From Octopus sinensis (Eukaryota): a stretch of 64,000 nucleotides of DNA. The DNA lies in NCBI RefSeq assembly GCF_006345805.1, contig NC_043005.1, positions 75,578,001-75,642,000 of the forward strand. Reading direction: 5' to 3'. The notes under the pieces are model-generated. The model was given only the letters and a program-made list of their open reading frames with translations. It ran no database searches and was not told the DNA's origin. The stretch's first letter is position 1. The number at the start of each line of letters is the position of its first letter. Below, piece by piece: positions 27,680 through 40,288 of this stretch. A program made the position numbers and the translations under genes.

Positions 27680-28010
27680 TCTTAAAGCTAATGCTTTTAA
27701 TTCCCAGATGCTTTATTAATTCACTTCTTATGCAGATTAGTAGATCATACCATACCATATCTGACTCACTCCTCTCCAGTCTCTGCAGATGTTTTGCTAT
27801 TAATGCTCCTGTCTCTCTGCTATGCAGAATTATACTTCTTACATATGCTACATACAGTCTGTTTTTTGCATCAGAAAAAAGAAACGTTTTGCTGTCAATA
27901 TAGGTAATGGCTTCATGATCTTCTTCCAAACTTTCTTAAGCCAGCTACTCTACTTTCACTACTGCATCACCCGGCTTTAATGAGATTACCTGTACCACAA
28001 AAACCCGTCA
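27680..28010 (-). pseudogene. RTE LINE coding fragment
   Basis: KNRLYVAYVRSIILHSRETGALIAKHLQRLERSESDMVW resembles the RTE KGRLY.ACVR..MLHGSETW..RRLER motif. Confidence 0.7.
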
Positions 28011-28547
28011 ACTATGTCAGTTTTATCAGTTTGAAATTTCAAACTGAAACATGTAAAAGCTATAGAAATTTTTTAATATATATGGAAAAAAAAAATAAAA
28101 GGAAACTGATATTTTAATTTCTTTACATATTTACAGTTTAAGCGAGGCCCCTAATAGACTTTTTCCCTGCTAACTCTTACTAACTCTTAGGAAGTAATGA
28201 GTGTACATTAAGAAATGAAACATTTTTTTAAGAGAAACAAATATACTTATACATTTATGTACGTACATAGAGGTGAAGGTATGCATGCACACCCAGGCAT
28301 ACATACACATGTAAGCGTAAATATATGCATATATACACACATACACATGTGTATACACACACACACACTTGTTTATTTTCTTGAGACAGTTCATGCTCTC
28401 ATTTGGGATTTTTTCCCCATGTTCTAAGAGAACTTGCCATTAAAAGGAAGCATGGAGAGACTTAACAGATGTTCTTGACAAGAAAGTCATACAAACAAAT
28501 CTAAAGAACTATTTTTGGTGACATAACAGTGCTACTGCTGGTGATGG

Positions 28548-28591
28548 TAATAATAGTAATAATAATAATAATAATAATAATGATAATAATA

Positions 28592-28622
<31 letters not shown>

Positions 28623-28624
28623 TG

Positions 28625-28662
<38 letters not shown>
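28548..28662. repeat. (AAT)n microsatellite
   Basis: Directly visible. Confidence 0.97.
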
Positions 28663-28663
<1 letters not shown>

Positions 28664-28845
28664 TTTTTCTACATTTAAACAAAGCTACAAATTTGTTATG
28701 GAAAAGCAAATTCAACTGAAATGACTCCGGTACATGTCTTGTACTGATTCCTTCTGTGGCAGAGTGATTGGAAGACAAAATTAATGGAAATGAGATTTTA
28801 ACTCAAATTTATAGGAGTTAAAATAACCACAATAACAGCCAGTAA

Positions 28846-28853
28846 GATGATGA

Positions 28854-28938
<85 letters not shown>

Positions 28939-29080
28939 GCTGCTACTGCTGCTGCTGCTACCATCACCACCACTACTACTACTAATACTGCTACTGCTGT
29001 TGCTGCTACTGCCATTGTCACCACCACAACCACCACCTCCACAACCACCACCACCACTACCGCCACCATCCTCATCATTC
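28846..29080. repeat. (CTA)n/(CTG)n/(CCA)n compound trinucleotide tract
   Basis: Directly visible; abuts the tail of a minus-strand RTE-tailed element at 29090-29330. Confidence 0.95.
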
Positions 29081-29379
29081 AACATCAATATCATTGTTTT
29101 GACATCTACTTTTCCATGCTGGCATCAGCCAGACAGAGTTTATTGAGGCAGATTTTCTATGGCTGGATGCCCTTCCTGCTGCCAAATTTCACCTGTTTCT
29201 ATGCAAAATAATAATATTTATCCATGGCCAGACATGTTTTTGCAGAACATTGGAAATGAATGACAGGACATGTATAATAGTGACACTCATTTATGACACA
29301 TCATGTAATGTCAACACTTGGAGACAGAAGCATATATGCACTAACACACACACACAAACAAACATATATACATATATAT

Positions 29380-29780
29380 GTCTGTGTGGTAAGAAGGTTG
29401 TTTTCTAACCACATGGTTCTCGGTTCAGTCCCACTTTGTGACACCTTGGGTAAGTGTCTTCTACTAAAGCCTTGGCCAGACCAAAGCCTTGTGAATAGAT
29501 TTGGTAGACAGAAACTGAAAGAAGCCTATTGTATATATGTCTATATATATGTGTGTGCATGTCTGTGTCTGTGTTTGTCCTCCACTGTTGCTTGTCAACC
29601 AGTGTTGGTGTGTTTACATCTCCATAACTTAGTAGTTCGGTAGAAGAAATTGATAGAATATGCACCAGGCTTAAAAAATACAAGTCTTGGGGTCAGTTTG
29701 TTCGACAAAAAAGCCTTTCAAGGTGGTGCCCCAGCATGGCCACAGTCAGATAACTGAAACAAGTAAAACATAAAAGATAT
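29380..29780 (+). mobile_element. SINE family A
   Basis: Head through gaaacaagtaaaac tail. Confidence 0.85.
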
Positions 29781-30609
29781 ATATCATCACTGTTACCATT
29801 GTATGGGAAAATGGATATTAAAATGATGATAGAAATTATAGATCAGCTAGAAGACCCACAACATACTGAGTCAGAACAGGGCCTCTGTCCCACTGTACTG
29901 TGTGTCCAGACGCTGAAAATCTCTTGTACTTTAATAACATTAGTTTCTAACATCATTGCCATCATCATCATCATCACCGCCGCCGCCACCATCACCGCCG
30001 CCACCACCATTTAATGTCCATTTTCCATGCTGAACGGTTTGACCAGAGCTGGTTCTAATGCCAACCACCCTACAGACTGTATTGAGTGCACCTTATGTGG
30101 CACCAACATGAGTGCTTTTAACATGGCACCAGCCCGAGCACTTTTTATGTGGCACTACCACCAGTATCAATTCTGCTTTGGCAGACAGGTCTTTGTGAAT
30201 AATTTTGCTGTGGCAGATGGGTCTCTTCTTTCTAACATGGGCAATAAAGAAATACCTTTTTAGAAAGCAGCACAGACAGCTCATACTTATTTATTTGACT
30301 TAGGATAATTGAAACATGAATTCAACAGTTCTTGAAACTCAGTTTGGAAGGCATTGTGCCCAAGCTTGAGCACATGCAAGAAAAGTAAGCGAAGGTCCTT
30401 TTTTGTCATATTCATAATTAAGGGAGCCGATGCTTCAAGAATGTTTACTGTCTGAAATAAGTGGAAAATTATTAAAGAGCATACATCAATTATTAAATAT
30501 GTTGAAACTCACCTAAAATATAATTAAAATACTATGATAAAATTGCTTTTCAAAACACAACACTTAAAGCGGCCATTATTTTAGGAACAACCTAATATTT
30601 AGCAGTAAT

Positions 30610-31385
30610 CAAGGTCGACTTTGCCTTTCATCCTTTTGGTTGCAGGGGGGGGGGGTCGATAAATTAAGTACCAGTGAAACACTGAAGTTGATGTAATCGA
30701 CTCATCCCCCTCCCCCAAAATGGCTGCCCATGTGGTAAAATTTGAAACCATTATTTAGCAGTAAGAATTACAGCTTTGGGAGTTGAATACAATTAATTAG
30801 TTTGGCCTTTGTACATGGGAATAAAAAGCAAAGTTTGCTCCTGATCTCAGTTCTTCAGATTGAACAGCAACCCCTGGCCCCTAATGAATGATAATGTTGG
30901 TTCCTAACTGGATTAGAACTCAAAGCCTTGAGATATACCGTTAAATATTGGTTTCAAATTTTGGCTCATGGCCAGCAAGTTTAGGGGAAGGGTAAGTTGA
31001 TTACATCAACAGCCAGTTCTCAACTGGTACTTATTTTATTGACCTTGAATGGATGAAAGGCAAAGTTGGCTTCAGTGAGATTTGAACTCAGAACGTAAAA
31101 GCAGATGAAATGCCACTAAGCATTTTGTCCCGTGTGCCAATGATTCTGCCTGATCACCACCTTAATACTGATTTGAAATTTTGGCACAAGGCCAGCATTT
31201 TTGGGAGACGCGGTAGGTCGATTACTTCGTCCACATTGTTCAACTGGTTCTTATTTTGTCGACTCTGAAAGGATGAAAGGCAAAGTTGACCTTGGCGGAC
31301 TTTGAACTCAGGACATAAAGACAGACAAAATGCTGCTAAGCACTTTTCTCACTGCACTAACGATTCTGTCAGATCACCGCCTTAA
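30610..31385. mobile_element. Cluster of three SINE family B copies (30610-30750 plus; 30945-31163 minus; 31165-31384 minus)
   Basis: gtcgactttgcctttcatcc / ggatgaaaggcaaagttg and tttgaactcag B-box motifs; tail aaatttgaaacca. Confidence 0.85.
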
Positions 31386-31424
31386 TATGTCATTAAATAT
31401 TGCAAGACATGGATATGTGGTTGT

Positions 31425-31895
31425 GGTGAATGCATGGATATGTGGTTGAGAAGTTTGCTTCCCAACTGCTGGGTTTTAGGTTCAATCCCTCCGTGTGGAA
31501 CCTTAGGCAAGTGTCTTCTATAACTCTGGGCAGGTAAGAACCTTGTGAATGGATTTGGTAGATAGAAACTGTGTGGAAGCTTGTGTGTGTATGTGTGTAT
31601 TTGAGAGTGTGTGTGTGTTCATGTTTGTGTTTCCTTGTCTTGACATCACAATTGCTGTAAATGGATATCATTCCTCTCCAGTATTCTGTAAAAACATACC
31701 TGGCCATCGGGAAATATTATTTATTTGGAAACAAGTAGAGACTCACAACAGGAAGGGCATCCTATTGTAGAAATTCTATCTCAATAAACTTCGTCCAACC
31801 CATGCAGGCATGGACAAGAAGTGGATGTTAAAACAATGATGAGGACAATAATGATGATAATGGTGATGTGACGATGACAATGATGATGATGATGT
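31425..31895 (+). mobile_element. Chimeric SINE: family A head with RTE-type tail (family E)
   Basis: A-type head to ggatttggtagatagaaac, then cttgacatc...caggaagggcatcc...aacccatgcaggcatgg...(atg)n. Confidence 0.75.
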
Positions 31896-32389
31896 TGCTC
31901 TCCCTAAGCCTGCCATCTACAATAATTGTAGGCATGTTTCAAACCTTTAAATTAACATGCAATGCGTGTTATGTTTGTTTCATTAACATATTTGAAAAAA
32001 AAAAAAATGAATAAATAAATTTCTACTTCATGCTTCAGTGATTCTCATCCTTGAGGAAAGAACAGGGCATTCAGCTGTAAATGATCTTTTCTATTAATTC
32101 ATAGATATGTTTTATGGAAAACTGTTACAGAGATGTTTTAAAAGCTTAAATTTATCTTCTTAAAGAATTCCCATATTTTGTGATATCAATCTCATTCTTT
32201 CACATATTCTTATTATCTCTTCTTATATTCATAGAAATGCATGTATGCGTAAGTGTGTGCTAGATATATATGTGTGTGTGGAGTGTGTGTGTCTGTGGAG
32301 TGTGTTTGTGTGTGTGCATATATATAGTATATATAGTAATGTGTTAATATTTATATACATTTTATTATTATACATACACACATACACAC

Positions 32390-32439
<50 letters not shown>

Positions 32440-32515
32440 GCGAAGGAGTGGCTGTGTGGTAAGTAGCTTGCAAATAATCTAAATTCAACTTTTTACACTT
32501 ATGCATATATATATA

Positions 32516-32546
<31 letters not shown>

Positions 32547-32838
32547 TTGTGTGTGTGTTTGTGTATTTGTGTGTGTGTGTGTCTGTGTGTGTGCGTGTGT
32601 TTCAATGTTCCCTGTCTTGACATCTTGGGATGGTTGGAAGGACCATAATTTTTTCTACAAGCAATGCTCCCTGTTTCCTGTCTTCCACGAAAATATGCCC
32701 AGACATGAGGAAATGTTACTTTTGTTGGAAACAAGTGAGGGTTAGTGACAGCGAAGGAACCCAGCCATACAAAAATTCTACCTCAACAAATTCTGTCTGA
32801 ACTATGCATGCACGGAAAATGGATGCTAAACGATGATT
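32440..32838 (+). mobile_element. Family E SINE remnant
   Basis: ggagtggctgtgtggtaag stub, (TG)n, gtcttgacatc...ttggaaacaagtgaggg...ggaaaatggatgctaaacgatg. Confidence 0.6.
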
Positions 32839-33124
32839 AATATAGTCCATATAATTCATATGTTGTTCTGTGTTGGTGCAAGTGTTTGAGCTATCAATAT
32901 TATGGTGATGTTACTGTTTCAGTACCTATATTCTTTTGTATGTTGGGACTGAGTGAGTGTTACAATAATGGTGATCTCTTGTAGCATGAAGAAGTTGGTT
33001 CTGCAATTTCTTGCTCAATGACCAACACAAATAATTTGTTTATAGTTATCAGATGTATATGCTGTACTTTAGGTCCCTCCCTCCTTCCCTCAAATCAATA
33101 TTGTCTTTACTGGTGTCAAAGTGA

Positions 33125-33245
33125 ATGCAGAGCAATGTGAGATGTTTTTTGCTCAAAAACACAAGGCAGCACCTGGTCTAGGAATTGAAACCACAATCTT
33201 GTGATTGCGCATGCTACATCCTAACCACTAGACCATGCATCCTCA
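33125..33245 (-). mobile_element. SINE family C head (degenerate)
   Basis: ttgctcaaaaacacaa...ggaattgaaaccac...ctaaccactag. Confidence 0.6.
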
Positions 33246-33395
33246 TGAGTGTTACATTAGAGAAAAGAGAAACCCATTTTTGGAAATTATGTCGTAGTTC
33301 TAAGAAAGTGCTGTAGATAGAATAATTTATACATTATTTACATTATTTACATTATTTACATTTGACGGATATTTGTCCTCATCTTGTTTGTTGTT

Positions 33396-33441
33396 AGCAC
33401 AATGTTTCGGCTGATATACCCTCCAGCTTTCATCAGGTGTC
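33396..33441 (-). ncRNA. Minimal type I hammerhead-ribozyme-like motif (left arm)
   Basis: gacac CTGATGA aa gctg gagggtatat cagc c GAAA ca TT gtgct. Confidence 0.6.
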
Positions 33442-33738
33442 TTGGGGAAATTTGAACCTGGGTTCTCATTCCTAAGGTATTTTTCAATGTTATTATTCTT
33501 CTTCTTATTATTATTATTATCATTATTACTAATACTATTATTATTATTATTATTATTCAGGTCACTGCCTGGAATTGAACTCAGAATCTTGGGGTTAGTA
33601 TGCTCTTAACCACTATGCCATATGCCCAAGATTCCGAGTTTGATTCCAGTCAGTGACCTGAATAATAATAATAATAATAATAACAACAACATCAAAAAAT
33701 ACCTTAGGAATGAGAACCCAGGTTCAAAATTTCCCCAA

Positions 33739-33781
33739 GACACCCGATGAAAGCTGGAGGGTATATCAGCCGAAACGTGTT
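33739..33781 (+). ncRNA. Minimal type I hammerhead-ribozyme-like motif (right arm, U4C variant)
   Basis: gacac CCGATGA aa gctg gagggtatat cagc c GAAA cgtgtt. Confidence 0.5.
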
Positions 33782-34686
33782 AACAACTAACAAGATGAGG
33801 ACAAATATCTGTCAAATGTAAATAATGTACATAATTCCTTATCTCTTAAATGTAGAACAGGATAATTTATGACTAAAAGTTTTTTTTTAGATAATTTAGT
33901 CAAATTAAGACTGATAGTGTCCATGGCCTTTGCAAGCCTTCCCAGATTAATGAAATGGAAATGGATGATGTTTGCCCTAAATGCTTGATCTAAATGTTAT
34001 AGGTAAACTATCAGATGGAAGGAACTGAATGATCTCAAGACTGTCAATAGAATGATTCTCATCTTAGGGCTCTCAGTAACCAGGTAGTAATTAGACATAG
34101 TAGCAGTAGTGTAAAATCTCTATAAATAATAATAGCTGATATAATTCTTGGTTTCTTCAGTCATGTTTTACACTGTATATAGAGAAAGGAAGAGGAAAAA
34201 AGAGAGAGAGAGTTGATGGAAAAAGTGCAGGATATATGCCCATGGTAGGCTTGGTGGTGGGCAATGAGTAAAGACTGGTCACTGCCACACATATATTCTA
34301 TTAGAGATAAAGAATCATAGAGGCAGGAGGAGGAGGAGTTATTGACAGTAATAAATATATTTTTGTTTTGAAAATTAGTATTTGTTTCATCATTTTGAAT
34401 AAAGCACCCAAGCATTTGGTAAAAGTCAAATTATAATCAGTGTATGTATGTCATATTTCCTGATATTAACCATGGTGGTAAAAAGCACACTTTCAAAGTC
34501 AGCTGTCGTATAACAAACAACAGACAACAACCCAGTGTATACATATTTTACTGACACATTGTGCAGAACTTCAACTCTTCCAATAGAAATTTTTTTCCTG
34601 CTTTTATAGAAGTTTAATTCTTCCAGCAGAACCTGTTTGGAAAGGGGAAAAATCGTTAAACTTTACCCGCTTCTTTGTACTCTGTC

Positions 34687-34805
34687 AAAAAAAACAAAAA
34701 AAACAACAACAACAACAACAACAGCAACAGCAACAACAACAACAACAACAACAATAATAATGATAATGATGATAATAATAATAATAATAATAATGATAAT
34801 AATAG
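34687..34805. repeat. (AAC)n/(AAT)n microsatellite
   Basis: Directly visible. Confidence 0.95.
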
Positions 34806-37085
34806 TAAAAATAAAGATAAAATAAACAACAAAGAACTGCATTTTTATAAATGTCTTTATTTGATAAACGAATGTAAAAAGAAAATGTGGTTTTCAGTGT
34901 TGAATTGGAATCTGAGTTAAATGAATCAAAAATGAAATCAAAAGTTAGTTTGTAACCATGCATCATCACATTCAACTGGATGTAGATTGTGAGAAAAGTT
35001 GGAGTGACATTTAGTTTGAGAGGTGATATGGAAGGAAACCAGCTTAAATAATGCTAATGAAAAAATGTAGTTATGTAGCTCTTTATGTTATTAGTGTTCT
35101 TCATGTCTCCAGTTAAATTTTTCTCAATGTATTAAGTTCTCTTTAATACGTTACTGAATAAAAATCTGATTCATTTAATTATATCTGAGTTATATGACCA
35201 TCGTGCATCCTTATCAGCCAACATTAGCATTATTTTATTGTGTGTATTTTTAAATGTTTAATGAGCCTAAAAGGAATTAGAGGGCTCTTTGGGAAATTTT
35301 GCCTAGTTCTCAATGGATAGTATTTTAAACTAAGAAAAATACAATGGAAAACCCATGTTTTGCGATATCAAGATAAAAGTTTGTTAACGATTGAATACAT
35401 TAATTTACTGTTATTCTACCGATTGTTTATTTGGAATTATAAATTGGTCAAAGCAAGGGTCCATCATATCAGCTTCAGCAATCATGCGGTGCTAATTGGA
35501 TCAATAAATTTGGTTAGTCAAAAGGCTTTTAGGGCTAAACTTTTTTTTTTAGTAGTTTAATAGAGAAAATATATCATAATTATGTCATATTAGAAAACAC
35601 ACAAACACACAAAGAGAAATATTAATAATGAGGCCCATTTAATTATAGATGATTTAGCTTTGAACAGGTGGTTAATTGATTAAAAAATAATATCTGAGAG
35701 AGTATCTATCAACTTTCAAAATCATACATGACAGTATTAATTTCTTTTAGTATTAATCTCTCTCTCTCTCTCTCTCTCTCTCTTACTTTTTACTTCTATT
35801 ACCTTTACTTTCTCTTACATTATTTCTCTTTCTTCTATAAGCCACTACTTTCCCACTCTAATACTGAGTACCTCTGATTCTTTTTACCAACTATCTGTCT
35901 TTAGCTCTCATACATTCACATATATATTCACAACCAATTTAATAATATATGTCTGTGTTTTGTTTTCATGTTCTTTATATATTTCAACTTGAAGTTAATT
36001 TGATTTCAATAACTTCTGCATGTTTAATTGAAAAATTCTTCTATTTAAGAAATATAAATAATTTTCTGTATAATATTTTTTATCTTCATATTTTACTTCT
36101 AACACTTTCTCTCTCATTTTTGTTTGATTAAATATCTATTTTATAATTTTTGGTATAGATTCAAAACATTTTACGTATCTATCTCACAGCATTAGAAGCA
36201 GTATATCTTTATATGCTTCTTTATGGCTTATTAAATATTTTCCTTTGGATAAATCAAAATCTCAGTGTTCTTCATAATGTTTCAGTCCTATTGAATGCTA
36301 TATATCATCTAATTTATCATTTATTTGTTTCAGTTTGAGTTTTAATGTATGGTTAATGCCTCACTGAGTTGGTTAGTTGTTAGATAACCGTCTGCAAAGG
36401 GCAGCTGTGATGTTAACTTAAACTATGCTCCAGTAATTTTATCTTCACTGGAAAATGAACATTAAAGGAGGGGTAAAAATGAAACTAAAATAGACCAATG
36501 AATTATCTCTTGTGAAAGATTAGAAATGATTGGAGTTTAGTATATTATATTTTCAATTCTTATTGAAGTGTGGTCCTGCTCTGTTTGAATTGTATATCAA
36601 AAGAATGTGCAATTTCATTATCATTATTAGTTTCTCTAGAGCAGGCTGGAAGCCAATTGTTTTAAAAGAGATGTGTAGACAATTGAATTGATTCCACTGT
36701 ATAACAGCTACTTAATTTTTTTGACTATGGAGGGATGAAAAATAAAGTTGCTTCTTGTTGTATCTGAACTCACAACCATGAGGTATGAAACTTAATATAC
36801 AAGGCAGTTTACCAGTTTCCTTCTTGTAATTTCATAATGATCATGGACAGTTTGGATGTATAAACCATGTTCTGTGTTCATGAAAATAAGTGAGGTATGG
36901 AAGAACTATTATTTCTTTGGCAATAAATAATTAAGGGTAATATCAATTAAGGGAATTGCCATATTTGTTACATAATTTATACAAATGATAGCCACAGGCA
37001 TGGCTGTGTAGTTAAGAAGACTGATTCCCAGCCAGAAGGCTTTGGGGTCACACTTACACGCACACACACACACACACACACACAC

Positions 37086-37129
<44 letters not shown>

Positions 37130-37131
<2 letters not shown>

Positions 37132-37282
37132 GGTGCAGGAGTAGTTGTATGGTGAGAAGCTTACTTCCCAACCACATGGTTCTGGGTTCAGTCCCTCTGC
37201 GTGAAACCCTACTATAGCCTTGGGCTGACCAAAGTTTTGTGAGTGGATTTGGTAGACGGTAACTGAAAGAAGCCTGCCGTAT
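37130..37282 (+). mobile_element. SINE family A, 5' half
   Basis: ggtgcaggagtagttgtatggtgag...gggttcagtccc...gtgagtggatttggtagacgg. Confidence 0.85.
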
Positions 37283-37739
37283 ATATATGTGTATGTATAT
37301 ATATATATATATATATATAAATTAGTGTACATTTTTATATGCTAAAGAGATGACCCTGACAGGACACCTTACATGCTGAAAATAGCAGTTAAAGCCCAAA
37401 TCACCAATAAGAGTAATTTCAAAGAGAATGAAAAATAAAAACATTTCAATAGTTACCACTGATACTTGAGTTTCGACATCAATGAACAAATAAAATAATT
37501 TGCCATCCGTGTCTCTTCAGTAAGGGCACTGAAATTAATGTATATTTGTGGAACACTGAAGACACCTAAGTATCATCTATATACATTATAATCTTTCAAA
37601 TCCACCGTGCACTAATTTATATGAAAAATATGTTGTCTATTGACTTTATTATGCATGCTGGCCACTGGTAGAATTTTTCTCTAAATTTTCTACCTCTATG
37701 GGAGGCAATTTAAATCTAATCTTCCTTTACAGTTTCAGG

Positions 37740-38376
37740 AAGCTATTATTAGGAGTTATCCAAAGAATTCTAGGTATTACTCTATTATCAACTTGCACAT
37801 GGTTAGGATTGTTTTTTTTTCAACACAAAAAAATCTCTTGCAAATTATCTCCTCACATAATATTAGTCTGTTAGATGAGAATCTATTTATTAATACTGAC
37901 ATTAATTTAGCTAATACCATCCATCCCCCTAGAAATATTAATGACATGGTTATTGTCTCTGAAGCCAATTCCAACAGGATTAAGTTTATTTGAAGTAATT
38001 CTAAGATTAAAAGCTCTATATACCAGTGTAAAATTACTTCAGGTACTGATGTCTTTTTTTATAGAGGTAGTTCTTCTTCTCAGTTATCTAAAAGAAATTC
38101 TAATCATTACTCTACATTTAGGGATAGGAATAAATGTAACAGTACAGGGCTTAGTAAATTAATTTGGTATCTAAAAGACCATAATAAACAATTTAATTTA
38201 GATTGGTTGATTCTCTCCATTTCGTTCTCTTATGATAAAGGCAAGGAATTCTGTCTTCTCTGTAATTGTGAACTATTTTTTATTCTTTTTTCTAAAAATC
38301 CCCTTGTAAACACAGTTATAGAGCATGCTTACTGATGTAAACATTGGCAGAAACACACCTTTAGTTCATATAAGTG
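37740..38376 (+). pseudogene. Penelope-like element ORF C-terminus (linker plus GIY-YIG endonuclease), decayed
   Basis: One frame reads ...STQKNLLQIISSHN...*...SIYQCKITSGTDVFFYRGSSSSQLSKRNSNHYSTFRDRNKCNSTGLSKLIWYLKDHNKQFNLDWLIL...FCLLCNCELFFIL...N...*CKHWQKH. This fits the PLE GIY-YIG pattern (VIY..YIG, R..NH..F, T.LS..IW, CxLC..E, C.H); stops at 37991 and 38333. Confidence 0.85.
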
Positions 38377-38673
38377 ATATCTACCATTTTATATAATTTA
38401 AACATTAATTTTCTTCTTACATTTCACTTCTACTTGATATATCTTTTTCCAAGACTTTAGGGTTTTATTTAATTTACATATAGTTCTATATTTCTCATTT
38501 ATTTGGTTTCTGATTTTTTTCTTTCCGTTACCCCTCCTCTTTCTATAGGCTACCTTTGACGTTATATCCGCTAACATTTTTTTTTTAAAAAACACTTACA
38601 AGCATTCAGTTCATCATGATACATATCCATTATATTCTGTAAAAATGTCTTATTGACGAGGTTATTTTTTCAT

Positions 38674-38758
38674 TTCCCCGAAGAAAAGATTACATTGTTT
38701 TACACCATTTTATTCCTTTGGAACAATACCAATGATATCTTCGAAACATGTGTCGGAA
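38674..38758 (+). ncRNA. Type I hammerhead-like motif in the Penelope terminal repeat (U4C variant, long helix II)
   Basis: ttcc CCGAAGA aaagattacattg [32 nt] caatgatatcttc GAAAC atgt GTC ggaa; ~300 bp downstream of the GIY-YIG ORF end. Confidence 0.65.
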
Positions 38759-38808
38759 GTAAAAGAATTTGAATATCACCTGCGTTTAACTCTATTTATA
38801 TACATATA

Positions 38809-38867
<59 letters not shown>

Positions 38868-39029
38868 ATATATATGTATATATGTGTGTGTGTATATATA
38901 TATATATTATATATATATATATGTGTGTATGTATATATATATGTATATATATGTGTGTGTGTGTATATATATATGTATATGTATATATATATATAGACAT
39001 ATAAATGTATAAATGTATATATATATATA

Positions 39030-39570
39030 TCCATGTGTGTGTATATGTTTGTGTGTCTGTGTTTGTCCTCCCACCATTGCTTGACAACCAATGTTGGTGT
39101 GTTTATGTCTCGATAACTTAGCACTTTGGCAAAAGAGACTGATAGAATAAGTACTAGGCTTACAAAGAATAAGTCCTTGGGTCAATTTGTTCGACTAAAG
39201 GTGGTGCTCCACTATGACCACACTCAAATGACTGAAACAAGTAAAAGAATAAAAGAATACATACATGTGTGTGTGTGTGTGCATGTGTCTCCTTGTATTG
39301 ACATTGTGTAATAATTGTAAATGGGTGTCATTGTCATACAAGCAGTGTCATCCATTTCCACTATTCTGTGGAAGCTTATCTGGCCGTGGGGAAATATTAC
39401 TCTGTTTGGAATCATGTGACAGTTTGACAACAGGAAGGGTATCGAACTGTAGAAAATCTATCCCAGTAAACTTCGTCTTTCCCATGCATACATGGAGAAG
39501 TGGACTTTGAAATTATGATGCTGCTGCTGCTTCTGATGATGATGATGATGATGATGATGCTGATGATGAC
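39030..39570 (+). mobile_element. SINE family A 3' half followed by a family E tail
   Basis: cttgacaaccaatgttgg...gaaacaagtaaaag, then caggaagggtatc...cccatgcatacatgg...(gat)n. Confidence 0.8.
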
Positions 39571-39769
39571 ATAGGAGGTTTACTGTGTGTGAAATTTGAT
39601 AAATGCAGTGAGTTTAGGTGGAAGCCTAATGTAATTCTGTACAAATTTCTCTTTTAACCTTGTCAACTCTGGATGGTTGATGAGTTGAAGTTGTTGCAAT
39701 AAATGACAAACTTGTAAAGTTTCTGCCTTTTGTGGGCATACAAAGACTGCAAAACAAAATCCAAGTGGG

Positions 39770-40178
39770 ATCACTGCCAGAGCAGCTGTCTGGCTTCCGT
39801 GCCGGTGACACGTAAATAGCACCATTTGAGCGGGATCGTTACCAGCATCGCCTTACTGGCACTTGTGCTGGTGGAATGTGAACAAAACATTCGAGCGAGG
39901 TTGCTGCCTGTGCTGCTGGACTGACTCCTGTGCAGGTGGCACGTAAAAAACACCATTTGAGCTTGGCCGTTGCCAGTACTGCCAGACTGGCCCTCATGCC
40001 AGTGTTACATAAAAGCACCCACTACACTCTTGGAGTGGTTAGTGTTAGGAAGAGCATCCAGCTGTAGAAACTTTGCTGGATCAGATTGGAGCCTGGTGCA
40101 GCCATCTGGTTCGCCAGTCCTCAGTCAAATCGTCCAACCCATGCTAGTATGGAAAGCGGACGTTAAATGATGATGATA
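39770..40178 (+). mobile_element. Family D (RTE 3' UTR) copy with 4-5 tandem units
   Basis: cacgtaaatagcaccatttgagc units and the conserved tail. Confidence 0.85.
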
Positions 40179-40288
40179 ATTTTTTAGAATGAATCAACAT
40201 CTATAACAGTGGTTCCAAACCATTTTTGTCTATGGACCCCTTAGATTCCTATTTTCATCAGTTGGGCCCTCAGACATTCAATGTTCAA

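Larger units (their letters stand above)
33331..33861. mobile_element. Head-to-head inverted element: tRNA-like head, (AAT)n, hammerhead motif; Penelope-like non-autonomous
   Basis: Arms 33331-33627 (minus) and 33625-33861 (plus) are reverse complements over ~200 bp; candidate TSD ataatttat at 33322-33330 and 33862-33870. Confidence 0.8.
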
